Shown piece after piece: positions 1 through 10,465 of a stretch of DNA of 64,000 nucleotides. This stretch comes from Candidatus Omnitrophota bacterium (GTDB lineage: Bacteria; Omnitrophota; Gorgyraeia; JABMRG01; JAFGKX01): NCBI GenBank assembly GCA_043797125.1, contig JAZDPX010000013.1, positions 9,180-73,179 of the forward strand, written 5' to 3'. The translations under genes and the position numbers were made by a program. The notes under the pieces were generated by a model. That model searched no databases and had not been told where the DNA came from. It was given only the letters and a program-made list of their open reading frames with translations. Positions within the stretch are counted from its first letter, which is position 1. Every line of letters begins with the position of its first letter.

Positions 1-386
1 TCGCAAAGCTGCAATTCCTTATCTATTGTCTCAAACGCTTTGCTTCTGTCAAAAAACGCGAGGTCCCAGTCATTGGAAAGCTTAATTCCTTCATGATCGG
101 CAATGCAGGCAGCTTCGCACTCGCCGCAGAATATGCACGTATCTGTATAATGTATCATCTGCCTTTTAGCTTGGCTTTCATTAACTATGTCTTTATTATC
201 AATAGCGCCTACAGGGCAGACCTCTTTACACGCTAAACACCCGACGCATTTTTCCTCATTGTATTTTGGCTGGCCCCTGAAATTAGGGTGCGCCACATGG
301 GGCTGTTTCGGGAACTTGGAGGTATACGGCCCGACTATCAACGCCTTAATCGCCTCTATTAGCTCTCTTATCTTAGGAAGTTTCAT
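1..386 (-). CDS. NuoI/HycF-like 2x[4Fe-4S] subunit of the group 4 hydrogenase complex (runs off the window edge)
   Basis: Not in the ORF track. Manual translation from ATG 386: MKLPKIRELIEAIKALIVGPYTSKFP...FRGQPKYNEEKCVGCLACKEVCPVGAI...CIFCGECEAAC, two ferredoxin motifs. Confidence 0.85.
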   Translation of the reverse strand, partial: MKLPKIRELIEAIKALIVGPYTSKFPKQPHVAHPNFRGQPKYNEEKCVGCLACKEVCPVGAIDNKDIVNESQAKRQMIHYTDTCIFCGECEAACIADHEGIKLSNDWDLAFFDRSKAFETIDKELQLC

Positions 387-427
387 AATTCCACAATTTT
401 TAATTTTGCATTTTTAATTTTGAACTT

Positions 428-763
428 TTACTTCTCGCCTTCTTTATCCTCGGCGTACTTATCGACCACGCTCTTATCCCACAACTTGACACCTGCTTTA
501 TGCGCGCCGCGCGCTATCGCATGAGCCGCAACAGGGGATGTTAATATAATAAATATTATGCACAAAAACGCTTTTATGCCGGCAGCGGTAAACCCTACAA
601 TGATAAATGTTCCTAATAATATACCGCAGGTACCAAGAGTAACGCTCTTTGTGGAAGCCTGCAGGCGGTTATACACATCCGGAAGGCGCACAAGCCCCAG
701 GCATCCCAACAAATCAAATGCCAGCCCAATACTGATAAATATCAATCCAATAGTGCTATTCAT
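428..763 (-). CDS. mnhG: Mrp/Mnh antiporter subunit G
   Basis: GLVRLPDVYNRLQASTKSVTLG and TSPVAAHAIARGA motifs. ATG 763 overlaps the upstream stop. Confidence 0.9.
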   Translation of the reverse strand: MNSTIGLIFISIGLAFDLLGCLGLVRLPDVYNRLQASTKSVTLGTCGILLGTFIIVGFTAAGIKAFLCIIFIILTSPVAAHAIARGAHKAGVKLWDKSVVDKYAEDKEGEK

Positions 764-1142
764 CAAACCCTCTTCCTTCCAAAAATTTAGCAAGCGCCAG
801 GGTACTGATAAAACTCTGTAAAGCCCAGGCTATTCCGATATCGATATACCATGACCTGCCGGTTGAAATAGTCAAGATGGCGCAAAGCCCTACAATCATA
901 ATGCCAAGTATGTCCATTGCTACAATCCTGTCAGCTCCGGTCGGACCTTTGGATATACGATAAAGGCATAAAAAGCAGGCAAGGATAATTATAAAAAGCG
1001 CCCTGCCTAAAAATCCCAGATGCGGCAAATCAGGATAAAATAAAAATGGAAGCGGCCGCACGATAATAAATGCCAGAATCGCCGTCAGCATAACCGCCCC
1101 CAGCAACCACCTAATAATTTTTATTCCTTTATTATTTTTCAT
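756..1142 (-). CDS. mnhF: Mrp/Mnh antiporter subunit F
   Basis: YRISKGPTGADRIVAMD motif, hydrophobic. Confidence 0.88.
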   Translation of the reverse strand: MKNNKGIKIIRWLLGAVMLTAILAFIIVRPLPFLFYPDLPHLGFLGRALFIIILACFLCLYRISKGPTGADRIVAMDILGIMIVGLCAILTISTGRSWYIDIGIAWALQSFISTLALAKFLEGRGFDE

Positions 1143-1636
1143 TCGAAAATTTTCTCCAGCACCCTCTCAAAGCGTCCGGCTATAATCTCGGAAGCATTAT
1201 CTATATCTTTATCTTTTACATCAATCCAGTGTATATACAAAATGCCTTTGTCTTTGTCAATGTCCACAGATAATGTGCCTGGCGTAAGCGTTATAGAGTT
1301 GGCTAAAAATGTAAGGCCAGTGTCTGTTTTTAATTTTGTTTTTATTTTAATTATGCCGGGATTTATCGGCAGATTAGGATGCAGAACGCGGTATGCAACA
1401 TCAATGTTTGCCTTCAAGCATTCCCATAAAAACAAAGGGATATAATATACAATAAAATACCAATATCGCAAAGGGTGCTTAAGGGCATACGGCCTTCTGA
1501 CAAACAAATCTCCTGTAATAAACGCAACAAAAGAAGCGACAAAGACGCCAACGATAACATGTTGTGAGTCTACAGGCCAGCTCAAAAACAGCCATACCAA
1601 AAGCGCCACAAAAAACAGAACTATCCTACTCTTCAT
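1139..1636 (-). CDS. mnhE: Mrp/Mnh antiporter subunit E
   Basis: KANIDVAYRVL and LANSITLTPGTLSVD motifs. Confidence 0.92.
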   Translation of the reverse strand: MKSRIVLFFVALLVWLFLSWPVDSQHVIVGVFVASFVAFITGDLFVRRPYALKHPLRYWYFIVYYIPLFLWECLKANIDVAYRVLHPNLPINPGIIKIKTKLKTDTGLTFLANSITLTPGTLSVDIDKDKGILYIHWIDVKDKDIDNASEIIAGRFERVLEKIFE

Positions 1637-1639
1637 TTG

Positions 1640-3142
1640 CTATATCCCCTTTAAGACCGTAACAGCGTGCGCCACGCCTTTTAAAACTGCGTCGGATGCC
1701 TGCTTAATAAAAATTTCGTTTAAACCCGGCACCAACAAAATGCCTCCTGCTAAACAGATAAGCGCCAATGCGCACATCGACAATTTCATAAAAACAGGCA
1801 CTTCTTTCAGGCCGGAAAATTTTTCTTTTAAACGGCCGAAGAACGCGTATTTCATAACCTTCATAAATGAGGCAAGGGTCATTATGCTCGCTAAAACAGC
1901 CCAAAAAGCATATCCATACCTGCCTGCTTCTACCGCAGCAATTATGATAATGAGCTTGCTCCAAAAACCATTAAAAGGCGGAATGCCCGCAATTGACATC
2001 GATGCTATCAGGCTTGTCGTTGAGGTAAAAGGCATCTTTGCGCTTAGCCCTCCCATTTCCTTCAAATCTCTTGTCCCTGTGGAATATTCGATAGCGCCTG
2101 AATTTAGAAACAACAAAGATTTAAATATAGAGTGATTAAAAAGATGAAAAAGCCCGCCTAACATCCCAAGAGGCGTGCCTAAACCAATACCAAGAAAAAC
2201 ATATCCTATCTGACTTATAGAGTGATATGCCAACAGCCTTTTAAAGTCCCACTGGCCTATGGCTAAAAATACGCCTATGACCATAGAAAGGGCCCCGAGC
2301 GCCATAAATATTAAAGATATATCGGAACTTATTCCAAAAATATTGTAGAATATCCTGCATAAGGTATAGATCCCAAGGGATTTTATCAGGACGCCTGAAA
2401 GCATAGCTGAAATAGGCGCCGGAGCAGAAGGATGCGCGTCAGGCAGCCAAGCATGAAACGGCACAAGCGCTGCCTTAAGCCCGAAACCCATAATAAACAA
2501 AATGCTCGTCAATAAAATAATATTGGCAGTTCCCTTTTCAGACAGAATCCTGGCCATGTCAGCCATATTCAGCGTGGATGTATAGCTGTATAAAAATCCT
2601 ATGCCCAGAAGCAAGAAAAGCGAGCCGACGGTGCTCATAATCGCGTATTTAAAAGCTGCCTCGAGTTCGTGTTTTTCCGTGCCGAAGGCAACCAGGGCAT
2701 AACTTGCAACCGAGGCTATTTCCAGAAACACAAAAAGATTAAATATGTCGCCTGTTATTACCACACCGTTCATTCCGCCAAGCATTAACAGAAATAAGGT
2801 GTAAAACTGCCATTTTGAAGTAAACCTCTCCATATAATCTATCGAATAAATTACAATAATAAATGCCACCAAATTTATAGTAACAAGCATAAATGATGTC
2901 AAGCCATCGAGTGTCACCTCTATTCCGAAGGGAGGCTGCCAAGCGCCTACGCTGTAAGAAAAAGCGCCGCCGGTATTAACCATCGCCACGGTCAAAAAAG
3001 ACAAGCTGCATAAAATAAAAGTGGTCAAAATACCTATGATATCCGGCAGCCGCTTTATCTTTTTCCCGAAAATAGAAATCAAAAATGCCCCTGCTAAAGA
3101 TATGGCAACAAAAAACGGTATTATGCCCGCTAACCGAATCAT
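1640..3142 (-). CDS. mnhD: Mrp/Mnh antiporter subunit D (proton-translocating, NuoM/N family)
   Basis: GDIFNLFVFLEI, KAALVPFHAWLPDAHPSAP, KRLLAYHSISQIGY, GIPPFNGFWSK. Confidence 0.9.
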   Translation of the reverse strand: MIRLAGIIPFFVAISLAGAFLISIFGKKIKRLPDIIGILTTFILCSLSFLTVAMVNTGGAFSYSVGAWQPPFGIEVTLDGLTSFMLVTINLVAFIIVIYSIDYMERFTSKWQFYTLFLLMLGGMNGVVITGDIFNLFVFLEIASVASYALVAFGTEKHELEAAFKYAIMSTVGSLFLLLGIGFLYSYTSTLNMADMARILSEKGTANIILLTSILFIMGFGLKAALVPFHAWLPDAHPSAPAPISAMLSGVLIKSLGIYTLCRIFYNIFGISSDISLIFMALGALSMVIGVFLAIGQWDFKRLLAYHSISQIGYVFLGIGLGTPLGMLGGLFHLFNHSIFKSLLFLNSGAIEYSTGTRDLKEMGGLSAKMPFTSTTSLIASMSIAGIPPFNGFWSKLIIIIAAVEAGRYGYAFWAVLASIMTLASFMKVMKYAFFGRLKEKFSGLKEVPVFMKLSMCALALICLAGGILLVPGLNEIFIKQASDAVLKGVAHAVTVLKGI

Positions 3143-3477
3143 CCTCTTAACTCCCTTATTTTCGTAATATCGAATGTGCCGTATTTCTCGTATATCTTCA
3201 TTGCAATGGCTACAAGCAGCGCTGTGGTCGCAAGCCCGATTACAATTGAGGTAAGCACCAATGCCTGGGGCAGGGGGTCAACCATGTTTTTTATTTCAGC
3301 TTCAGGAGAAAAAATCGGAGCGCGCCCGCCTATACGATATCCCGTCAATACAAGAAATAAGTTAACGGCATATTCTACCACCATGGCGCCTATAATAATC
3401 TTGATGATATTGCGTTTTCTTAAAATGCAATAAAGACCGGCGCAAAAAAGGATAAGGCAGAGTAAATATACAATCAT
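3139..3477 (-). CDS. mnhC: Mrp/Mnh antiporter subunit C
   Basis: DPLPQALVLTSIVIG motif. Confidence 0.92.
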   Translation of the reverse strand: MIVYLLCLILFCAGLYCILRKRNIIKIIIGAMVVEYAVNLFLVLTGYRIGGRAPIFSPEAEIKNMVDPLPQALVLTSIVIGLATTALLVAIAMKIYEKYGTFDITKIRELRG

Positions 3478-3935
3478 TTTTTCTTCTCCGAATCAGTCGT
3501 TAAAACTACCAGCGCGACAAATATCATAAAAAGCCCGGCGCCCACCTTAAGGCTTATTGCGATATTGCACAGAGGGATAATCCCGGAGCTGAATAATTTA
3601 AACGGCTCGCCTTTGGGTATAAAATTCAAGAAAAACCAGCCGCCCGTGAAGCCTAAAAGCGCTATCGCTAAAAACATTATTGCGCCAAGGCTTTCAAAAA
3701 ATGACGCAGCCGCCTTAGGCAATCTTTTAAAAGCCTCTTCTTTGCCATATGCAAGCATAAGATGTATAAAAGAAAGCGCTATGATAACGCCGCCCGCAAA
3801 ACCTCCGCCCGGCGAAAGATGCCCGTGGGCGAGTATGTAAATCCCGTATAAAAGTATCAGCCCTACGGTAAGACGCGTAATGGTCTTTACAATCAGCGTC
3901 ATCCCTTTTTCTTGCTTTTTATTCACGGCTGTCAA
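3474..3935 (-). CDS. mnhB: Mrp/Mnh antiporter subunit B
   Basis: HGHLSPGGGFAGG motif. Confidence 0.9.
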   Translation of the reverse strand: MTAVNKKQEKGMTLIVKTITRLTVGLILLYGIYILAHGHLSPGGGFAGGVIIALSFIHLMLAYGKEEAFKRLPKAAASFFESLGAIMFLAIALLGFTGGWFFLNFIPKGEPFKLFSSGIIPLCNIAISLKVGAGLFMIFVALVVLTTDSEKKK

Positions 3936-4477
3936 TCCTCTTCCTTTATCTTCTCTCCGGGCTTCTTCCTGCCAATGCGCCGCACAACCGCTAAAATGCC
4001 TATAACTGCCGTAAACAATATTGTGGCCTCTCCTAAAGTATCGTATGCCCTATAATCAAGAATAATCGCCGCTACAATATTGGCAGCGCCTGTCTTTGAC
4101 AGCCCTTCCTGTAAATAGGTATTTGAAACCTTCATCAGCGGATAGCCGAATTCCGGCAAATCTTTAAGCGCCACAGCCGCGATAATCAGAAATGCCGCGA
4201 TAAATACTAATGTAATGAGAGTATTCAAAAACCATCTTCCTGTTGCTGAAAACGGCAAATCCTTCTTTAATGTTGCCCTTATTAATATGATAAGGCACAA
4301 TATCTCGACAACAAGTTGCGTAATAGCCAAATCTGGCGCTTTTAGCACCAGAAAAACTATTGACAGCCCCAGCCCTACAGCGCCTACCGCTATCACAGAA
4401 GAAAGCAAATCCTTTATCTCAATAGCCGCTATTGCGCCGATAATCATAAATATCAACAATGTATAAAGCTCTATCAT
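3932..4477 (-). CDS. MbhD/MbhE-like (DUF4040 + MnhA C-terminal) membrane subunit
   Basis: APDLAITQLVVE and NIVAAIILDYRAYDTLGE motifs. Confidence 0.85.
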   Translation of the reverse strand: MIELYTLLIFMIIGAIAAIEIKDLLSSVIAVGAVGLGLSIVFLVLKAPDLAITQLVVEILCLIILIRATLKKDLPFSATGRWFLNTLITLVFIAAFLIIAAVALKDLPEFGYPLMKVSNTYLQEGLSKTGAANIVAAIILDYRAYDTLGEATILFTAVIGILAVVRRIGRKKPGEKIKEED

Positions 4478-4481
4478 ATAC

Positions 4482-6137
4482 CTACCTTAATAAAAAATAA
4501 AAAAGAATCAGCATTCCGAAGAGACACCACGCCATATATGTAGGCAAAATGCCGTTGTGCAGGTAACGCAACACGCCGTTAAACGCGAAAGTTGCACTAG
4601 CGCCCATTTCATAAATGTCAAATACCTTTTTTGCGGCTAACTTGTATATGAACGACAAAATCCCTATATCCTGGATTGTCTTGTAAAAATCAACTCCTGA
4701 AACACGCATCTCGGGGTATTCTTTTAATAGCTCGCCGCCTACAAACGCTTCAGTTTCTCTTGTCTTTGTTATTGTCCCAAGAAGATAAATTATAAAGCCA
4801 ACCATAATCCCTGCTATTATCAACATGGTTGCGATACTAGCGTTCCACACGCCGGAAAATTCCACTATCTTGCCTACGCTTGGAAGGATAAAAAGCTTTA
4901 ACGGCACTCTATTGGCAAACACGCCGAATATCACGCATAGCGCCGCGAGTATAACCATAGGAATTAGCATTGTTATAGATGTCTCTGCACCTTTGCTTTG
5001 GGCTGTGGGCTGTGGGCTTTGGGCTTTCTGCCCTAGAAACACCGCGTGAACGAGTTTCATAAAACTTGCCAGAGTAAGCGCTGAACCAAACATGGCGCAA
5101 ACAAGCCATATTATCCAAAGCATGGAACCGTTTTTACCCAAATCAATTATACCCTGGTAAATCATCCATTTCGAAACAAATCCGTTAAAAGGCGGGACGC
5201 CTGATATTGCAAATGACGCTATTAAAAATGTGATAAAAGTAACGGGCATAATCTTGGCAAGCCCGCCGAGCTTTTCCATGTCTGTTGTGTTGGCCTTCTT
5301 CTCGACCGCTCCGCCCGATAAAAACAGGCAGGCCTTATATATTGCATGATTAAGCATGTGGAATATGCCGCCTGCAATACCTACAGGATTACCTGTCCCT
5401 ATTCCTAATACCATATAACCAACCTGGCTAACAGCGTGATATCCGAGCAACCGTTTTAAATCATGCTGCACAAGCGCCATCATAACCGCGGCTACTATCG
5501 TAAAACTTCCGACGGTCATTAAGAAAATATTCATGCCTGTATCCATCCTAAACATATAAAGTGAAATCCTTGCAAGAAAATATATGCCCAACAGCTTATC
5601 CAAAGATGCAGGTAAAAATGCGGTTACAGGCGTTGGCGCATCTTCCGCTGTATCCGGCACCCATGTATGAAATGGCATTGCCCCTGCTTTTGCAAACGCG
5701 CCTGCCGCAAGGCAAAGATATGCCCATACAGCTGCTTTTGTATTCAGCGTTATGCTCATTGCATCCATTTTAAGAGAACCTGTAATCTTCAATATAAGCG
5801 CAAGGCCTAAAAGCATTAACGCGTCTGTGCCGCCTATTATTATAAACGCCTTTTTTGCGGTGTATGTTGTGTTTTCTTTTTCGCCGAAATCTATCAGAAG
5901 ATATAAAAGCAGCCCTAAGAATCCCCAGAACACCATAAGTAAAAGCAGGTTATTGGAAAATACAACACCCAGCGACGCAATTAATGTAAGGAGTATATAA
6001 AAATAGTACTTAATCAGGCCTTTTGTCTTTTTCATAAAGCCTATCGAGTATAACGCAATCAGCAGGGTGAATACTATAACAAATATCCCCACAAAATTTG
6101 CCAGGTTATCGAATTTAAAAAGCTGCTCAGGTATCAT
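4482..6137 (-). CDS. NuoL/MnhA-like proton-translocating membrane subunit
   Basis: KAGAMPFHTWVPD, KRLLGYHAVSQVGY, GVPPFNGFVSK, many TM helices. Confidence 0.88.
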   Translation of the reverse strand: MIPEQLFKFDNLANFVGIFVIVFTLLIALYSIGFMKKTKGLIKYYFYILLTLIASLGVVFSNNLLLLMVFWGFLGLLLYLLIDFGEKENTTYTAKKAFIIIGGTDALMLLGLALILKITGSLKMDAMSITLNTKAAVWAYLCLAAGAFAKAGAMPFHTWVPDTAEDAPTPVTAFLPASLDKLLGIYFLARISLYMFRMDTGMNIFLMTVGSFTIVAAVMMALVQHDLKRLLGYHAVSQVGYMVLGIGTGNPVGIAGGIFHMLNHAIYKACLFLSGGAVEKKANTTDMEKLGGLAKIMPVTFITFLIASFAISGVPPFNGFVSKWMIYQGIIDLGKNGSMLWIIWLVCAMFGSALTLASFMKLVHAVFLGQKAQSPQPTAQSKGAETSITMLIPMVILAALCVIFGVFANRVPLKLFILPSVGKIVEFSGVWNASIATMLIIAGIMVGFIIYLLGTITKTRETEAFVGGELLKEYPEMRVSGVDFYKTIQDIGILSFIYKLAAKKVFDIYEMGASATFAFNGVLRYLHNGILPTYMAWCLFGMLILFYFLLR

Positions 6138-7315
6138 TTCTTTTTAGTTCTTAGTTTTTCAGTCTTTTCCTGCGAAAGCCTTACTAAATCTTCGCCGCTG
6201 TAAAGTTTTTTTCCTTCAACATTGCGCACTGCCATTCTCTCTGTGCAGCAATAGCACGGGTCTATGGCAGCCAGAATTATTGTCGCATCAGATATGGTCT
6301 CGCCTACAACAGTTGCCTTGTATGTCGGCAGGTTCATAAACGTTGGCGCCCTTACTTTGTGGCGCGCCGGGCGGTTTGTGCCGTCACTTTTTACATAATG
6401 AAATGTCTCGCCTCTCGGGGCTTCTATGTGGCCTATGCCTTCACCGACAGGAATATTTTTTAGTTTCAGGTCTATTTCGCCCTCGGGCAAATTCTGCAGG
6501 CACCATTTCAAAATTTTTATAGACTCAAATGTCTCCAATATCCTTACAACTGCCTTATCAAACACATCCCCGTTTTCAGTAACAATCATATCCCATTCTA
6601 ATCTGTCGTAAACCCCGTACGGGCAATTCTTCCTTAAATCCCTGGCAACTCCCGATGCCCTTGCCGTAGGCCCGAGCGCGCTGAAATTTATAGCCTCTTC
6701 TTTAGTAAGAATCCCTATGCCTTTTGTCCTTGCGTGTAAAACAGGGTCGTCAATTACCGCCTTCTTAAGCATGACTAACGTAGGAATAATAGAATCTATT
6801 TTTTTTAATACCCCGGGTATGTCTATTGCTTTTATATCGCGCCTTACGCCGCCGGGCTTAAACATGGCGTAGTTATTTCTGTTGCCCGATAAAACTTCCA
6901 TTACGTCCAGTATTTCTTCTCTTAATTTCCACGCCCACATATAAACTGTATTATATCCCAAAAAGTGCCCTGCAAGCCCTAACCATAAAAGATGCGAATG
7001 CACCCTCTCGCCTTCGGCGATTATTGTCCTTATGAATTTAGCGCGCTCCGGGACTTCAACCGGTATTATATCCTCAACCGCCTTTGTATAAGCGTAGGGA
7101 TGGCTTGTCGAGCATATACCGCAGATTCTCTCCACTGCGAATGTTGACTGGTCAAATGTCTTGGATTCGGAGAGTTTCTCAATGCCGCGATGGTTATACC
7201 CAATGCGCACGTCTATGGCCACAACCTTCTCGCCTTCAACGGTAAGAGTGAAAAACTCCGGCTCTTCCTGCAATGGGTGATATGGGCCTATTGGCACTAT
7301 TGTTCTACTCATCAT
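6134..7315 (-). CDS. Group 4 [NiFe]-hydrogenase large subunit
   Basis: L1 ERICGIC and L2 DPCYCCTER (all four metal-ligand Cys), GYNHRGIEK, EAPRGE, C-terminal extension after L2. Confidence 0.93.
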   Translation of the reverse strand: MMSRTIVPIGPYHPLQEEPEFFTLTVEGEKVVAIDVRIGYNHRGIEKLSESKTFDQSTFAVERICGICSTSHPYAYTKAVEDIIPVEVPERAKFIRTIIAEGERVHSHLLWLGLAGHFLGYNTVYMWAWKLREEILDVMEVLSGNRNNYAMFKPGGVRRDIKAIDIPGVLKKIDSIIPTLVMLKKAVIDDPVLHARTKGIGILTKEEAINFSALGPTARASGVARDLRKNCPYGVYDRLEWDMIVTENGDVFDKAVVRILETFESIKILKWCLQNLPEGEIDLKLKNIPVGEGIGHIEAPRGETFHYVKSDGTNRPARHKVRAPTFMNLPTYKATVVGETISDATIILAAIDPCYCCTERMAVRNVEGKKLYSGEDLVRLSQEKTEKLRTKKK

Positions 7316-7788
7316 ACTCCTCTGTCTCTAATCGCGGACTTATCCCATTCTTTATAATCGCGGCGCAGCGGGTAAACGCCCTGCGGCCATTCATCAGGCA
7401 AAAGCAGCCTTCGTAAGTCAGGGTGGCCTTTGAAGTTTATGCCTAAAAGCTCGTGTATTTCTCTTTCCACCCAGTTTGCCGCTTCAAAGCTCGGGGCAAG
7501 CGAATCTATTTCCAATGTTTTAGATTTATCCAGCTTTACTCTTAATGAAATCACAAGATTAATCTGCTCTATTGTAAAATGGTAAAGTATCTCCATATGA
7601 TACCGCACATCCACGCCTGACGCTATATTAAATCTTGCGCCCAAGTCTTTAAAAATATAGTTGGCTATTTTAATTATAGATTCGGGCTTAATCTCGATAT
7701 ACACCCTTTTCGGAGTCTTATCAAAGACATCGATGATATCGCTCTTGAATTTTTCTTTTATGCTTTTTAATATTTCTTCTCTGTTCAT
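7312..7788 (-). CDS. NuoC-like hydrogenase subunit
   Basis: AANWVEREIHELLGINFKGHPDLRRLLLPDEWP...YPLRRD. Confidence 0.92.
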   Translation of the reverse strand: MNREEILKSIKEKFKSDIIDVFDKTPKRVYIEIKPESIIKIANYIFKDLGARFNIASGVDVRYHMEILYHFTIEQINLVISLRVKLDKSKTLEIDSLAPSFEAANWVEREIHELLGINFKGHPDLRRLLLPDEWPQGVYPLRRDYKEWDKSAIRDRGV

Positions 7789-8210
7789 TTTTTTCCGCCC
7801 ACTTTTTCTATCAGCTTCACCACGCCCGCGATAATCGCCTCAGGCTTGGGCGGGCATCCGGGAATATACGCGTCAACAGGAATAATCTTATCCAGCGGCA
7901 ACGGACAATTATAGCTGTGTATAAACATGCCTCGCGACATGGAACATTCGCCTATCGCGACAACAAGACATGGTTTTGGCACCTGCTCGTATAATCTCTT
8001 CAATATCGTAACCGACTTCCTGTTGCATGAACCTGTAATTAAAAGCACATCCGCGTGTTTTATGCTGCCTGCTAAAAGTATTCCAAAGCGCTCTATATCA
8101 AACCTCGGAGTAAGACAGTCCAGTATTTCAATATCGCAGTTGTTACAACTGCCTGTTGAAAGATGAAACACCCACGGAGATTTCAGTAATGCCTTTAGTT
8201 TTACGCTCAT
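7785..8210 (-). CDS. Group 4 hydrogenase small subunit (NuoB-like)
   Basis: GSCNNCDIE, IGEC, IPGCPPKPE. Confidence 0.92.
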   Translation of the reverse strand: MSVKLKALLKSPWVFHLSTGSCNNCDIEILDCLTPRFDIERFGILLAGSIKHADVLLITGSCNRKSVTILKRLYEQVPKPCLVVAIGECSMSRGMFIHSYNCPLPLDKIIPVDAYIPGCPPKPEAIIAGVVKLIEKVGGKK

Positions 8211-8211
8211 A

Positions 8212-9135
8212 TTATCTTCCTGCCAATGCCAATATTACCGCCAATATTGCTATAATCGTCATCGGGCCCCAGAAAAACCTTACTGCATGGTCAATCCTGA
8301 CCCTGGGGTTTGTATTCCTTATGACCGTAATCAATGCCACAACGCCTACATATTTAAGCAAGCCATATAAAAGATGTATGCCGTCTAATCTTATGCCTCC
8401 CATAAACAAAATCACCAGAAAGAAAGGCAGGGTGAATAAAAGCATATTTTTCATGAGCTTGTATACTGCCAAGCCGGCGCCTGAATATTCTATCAGCGGG
8501 CCGCATACAATCTCGGTCTCTGCTTCAGGCATATCAAAGGGCACAAGAGCCAGTTTTGCCTGCACGCACATAAGCGCTACTATAAATGCCAAAACCCCGG
8601 AGAAGCTTCCTATAATAACACCGCTTTGCGCCTGATACTGCAATATATCCCCAATCCTTATGGAAAACCCTGATTTTGCGATAACTGCCGCTATCGCAAG
8701 TATAAATGGCAGCTCATAACCTAAAACTAATTTCATCTCGCGCGACGCGCCCAAGCTTGCGTACGGGTTTGCAGAAGCAAAACCGCCCATGATTATAGAT
8801 ATAGAAGGAATTACTAATAAATATACTATTACTATCAGGTCGCCTAAAAATGTATTCGCGGTATTAACATTATTCACCCATAATAAAGTAGAAACCAGCA
8901 TAACGCTCATGATGCCGATAACAGGCGCTGCTAAAAATACTGTTTTAGATACGCCATGCGGAATGAGCGTCTCTTTGCCTAAAAGCTTTACAATATCTAT
9001 CAGCGGCTGCAATAAAGGCGGGCCTACGCGATATTGCACCCTAGCTGTAACTTTTCTATCAACCCAGCTTGCAAAAAGCCCGATAACAGCTGTCAGCAGA
9101 AATCCGTAAAATAAAAGATAAACAATATAAATCAT
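8212..9135 (-). CDS. NuoH-like membrane anchor subunit
   Basis: RKVTARVQYRVGPPLLQP, PFDMPEAETE, EYSG, PRVRID. Confidence 0.92.
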   Translation of the reverse strand: MIYIVYLLFYGFLLTAVIGLFASWVDRKVTARVQYRVGPPLLQPLIDIVKLLGKETLIPHGVSKTVFLAAPVIGIMSVMLVSTLLWVNNVNTANTFLGDLIVIVYLLVIPSISIIMGGFASANPYASLGASREMKLVLGYELPFILAIAAVIAKSGFSIRIGDILQYQAQSGVIIGSFSGVLAFIVALMCVQAKLALVPFDMPEAETEIVCGPLIEYSGAGLAVYKLMKNMLLFTLPFFLVILFMGGIRLDGIHLLYGLLKYVGVVALITVIRNTNPRVRIDHAVRFFWGPMTIIAILAVILALAGR

Positions 9136-9139
9136 ATAT

Positions 9140-9640
9140 TTAAACCTTCTCCCTTGCCCAATGGGTAGAATGCGCTATTATATTATCTCCGACTAAAAAC
9201 ATATTCTCTTCCAATTTTATATCCGCATTTTTCAAACTCAACGCGCCATACGAACAGCTTTTTATGCACAGCGGCTCTTCCTTTTTATCTCTTCTATCTA
9301 AGCAAAAATCGCAGGCATTCGCCAGCATAGGAAGAAGCTCCGGGTAAATAGCGCCGTAAGGACATGCGTGCGAGCAGGACTTACAGCTTACGCAGCGCAT
9401 GTTGTGCCTTATTAATAATTTTTCCTTGTCCTTTTGCTGCTCGAGCGCTTCCACGGGGCATGCGTTTACGCAATGCGGCTCTTCACACCTCCTGCACACA
9501 AGCGCGTATGTAACTAGTTCAGCCACGGAAATAATACCGTTATTATCCGGATGATAAAAGTAACTGCACTTTAGCGCGCAAGCTTTGCATTGGCCGCTTG
9601 CGCAAATATCCAAGTCTATGAAGAGTTTTTCTTTTGCCAT
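9140..9640 (-). CDS. 4Fe-4S electron-transfer subunit (HycB/DmsB-like)
   Basis: CRRCEEPHCVNACP, CVSCKSCSHACPYG, CDFC...PLCIKSC. Confidence 0.88.
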   Translation of the reverse strand: MAKEKLFIDLDICASGQCKACALKCSYFYHPDNNGIISVAELVTYALVCRRCEEPHCVNACPVEALEQQKDKEKLLIRHNMRCVSCKSCSHACPYGAIYPELLPMLANACDFCLDRRDKKEEPLCIKSCSYGALSLKNADIKLEENMFLVGDNIIAHSTHWAREKV

Positions 9641-10465
9641 TTAGTCCCAAATCTCCGAGAACGTTTTTATCCTGCTGTATTGAAACACCGGGCCGTCTTT
9701 ACACGCGTAATATATGCCTATTCGGCAGTGCCCGCATTTTCCTATTCCGCATGACATGTTCTTTTCCATTGAAAGATATATATTTTCTTCCTTAAATCCC
9801 ATTTCAAGCGCTTTTTTGGTTGCAAACTTCATCATTATAGGCGGGCCGCAAATTATCGCGACGCCTTTTGAATAATCCATATCAACATCATCCAAAATAG
9901 AAGTTACAAGGCCTACGTTGCCCTTCCATGTTTCATCGCCGGAATCAACCGTGAGCTTAATATTCAAATCGCTTCTTGTGTGCCAGCTTTGGGTCTCGTC
10001 TTTATAAACCAGTTCCTTCGATGTCCTGCAGCCGCCTCTAAAAAACAGTTTCTTAAAATCCTTTGATCTGTCAAAAAGCGCGTACATAAGGCTTCTTAAA
10101 GGCGCGAAACCGCATCCTCCGCCGATAACCAATATCTCTTTGCCTTTAAAATCATCTAAAGGATAACCTTTTCCAAAAGGCCCTCTTAAACCAACCATGT
10201 CGCCTTTTTTAAGCTGATGTATCTTTTCAGTAACCTTACCCACTTTCATTATGCTTACTTCCATCGTGTCTTTAACAGCAGGCCTTGATGAGGGAGTAAA
10301 AGGCGCTTCCCCGACGCCGGGAATTGTCAATTCAATAAACTGGCCCGCGGCAAACGTTATCTGTTCTACGGGTTTAAGCTTCAGCGTTCTGATGGTCGGT
10401 GTTTCCGTTATAACATCAAGCACTTCTGTTTTAATAGGCCTGTATGGATTATTTATCTTATTCAT
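9641..10465 (-). CDS. FAD/NAD(P)-binding [2Fe-2S] subunit (sulfhydrogenase gamma HydG / AsrB-like)
   Basis: GQF...GEAPF, RGPFGKG, GGGCGFAPLRS, CGPPIMM, MSCGIGKCGHC...CKDGPVF. Start moved to ATG 10465 (ATGA overlap). Confidence 0.9.
   Translation of the reverse strand: MNKINNPYRPIKTEVLDVITETPTIRTLKLKPVEQITFAAGQFIELTIPGVGEAPFTPSSRPAVKDTMEVSIMKVGKVTEKIHQLKKGDMVGLRGPFGKGYPLDDFKGKEILVIGGGCGFAPLRSLMYALFDRSKDFKKLFFRGGCRTSKELVYKDETQSWHTRSDLNIKLTVDSGDETWKGNVGLVTSILDDVDMDYSKGVAIICGPPIMMKFATKKALEMGFKEENIYLSMEKNMSCGIGKCGHCRIGIYYACKDGPVFQYSRIKTFSEIWD

Noticed and set aside
6134-7315. Complex I NuoD or Ni-free Mbx/Ehr subunit
   Set aside because: Both CxxC NiFe-binding motifs and a cleavable-type C-terminal extension are present.
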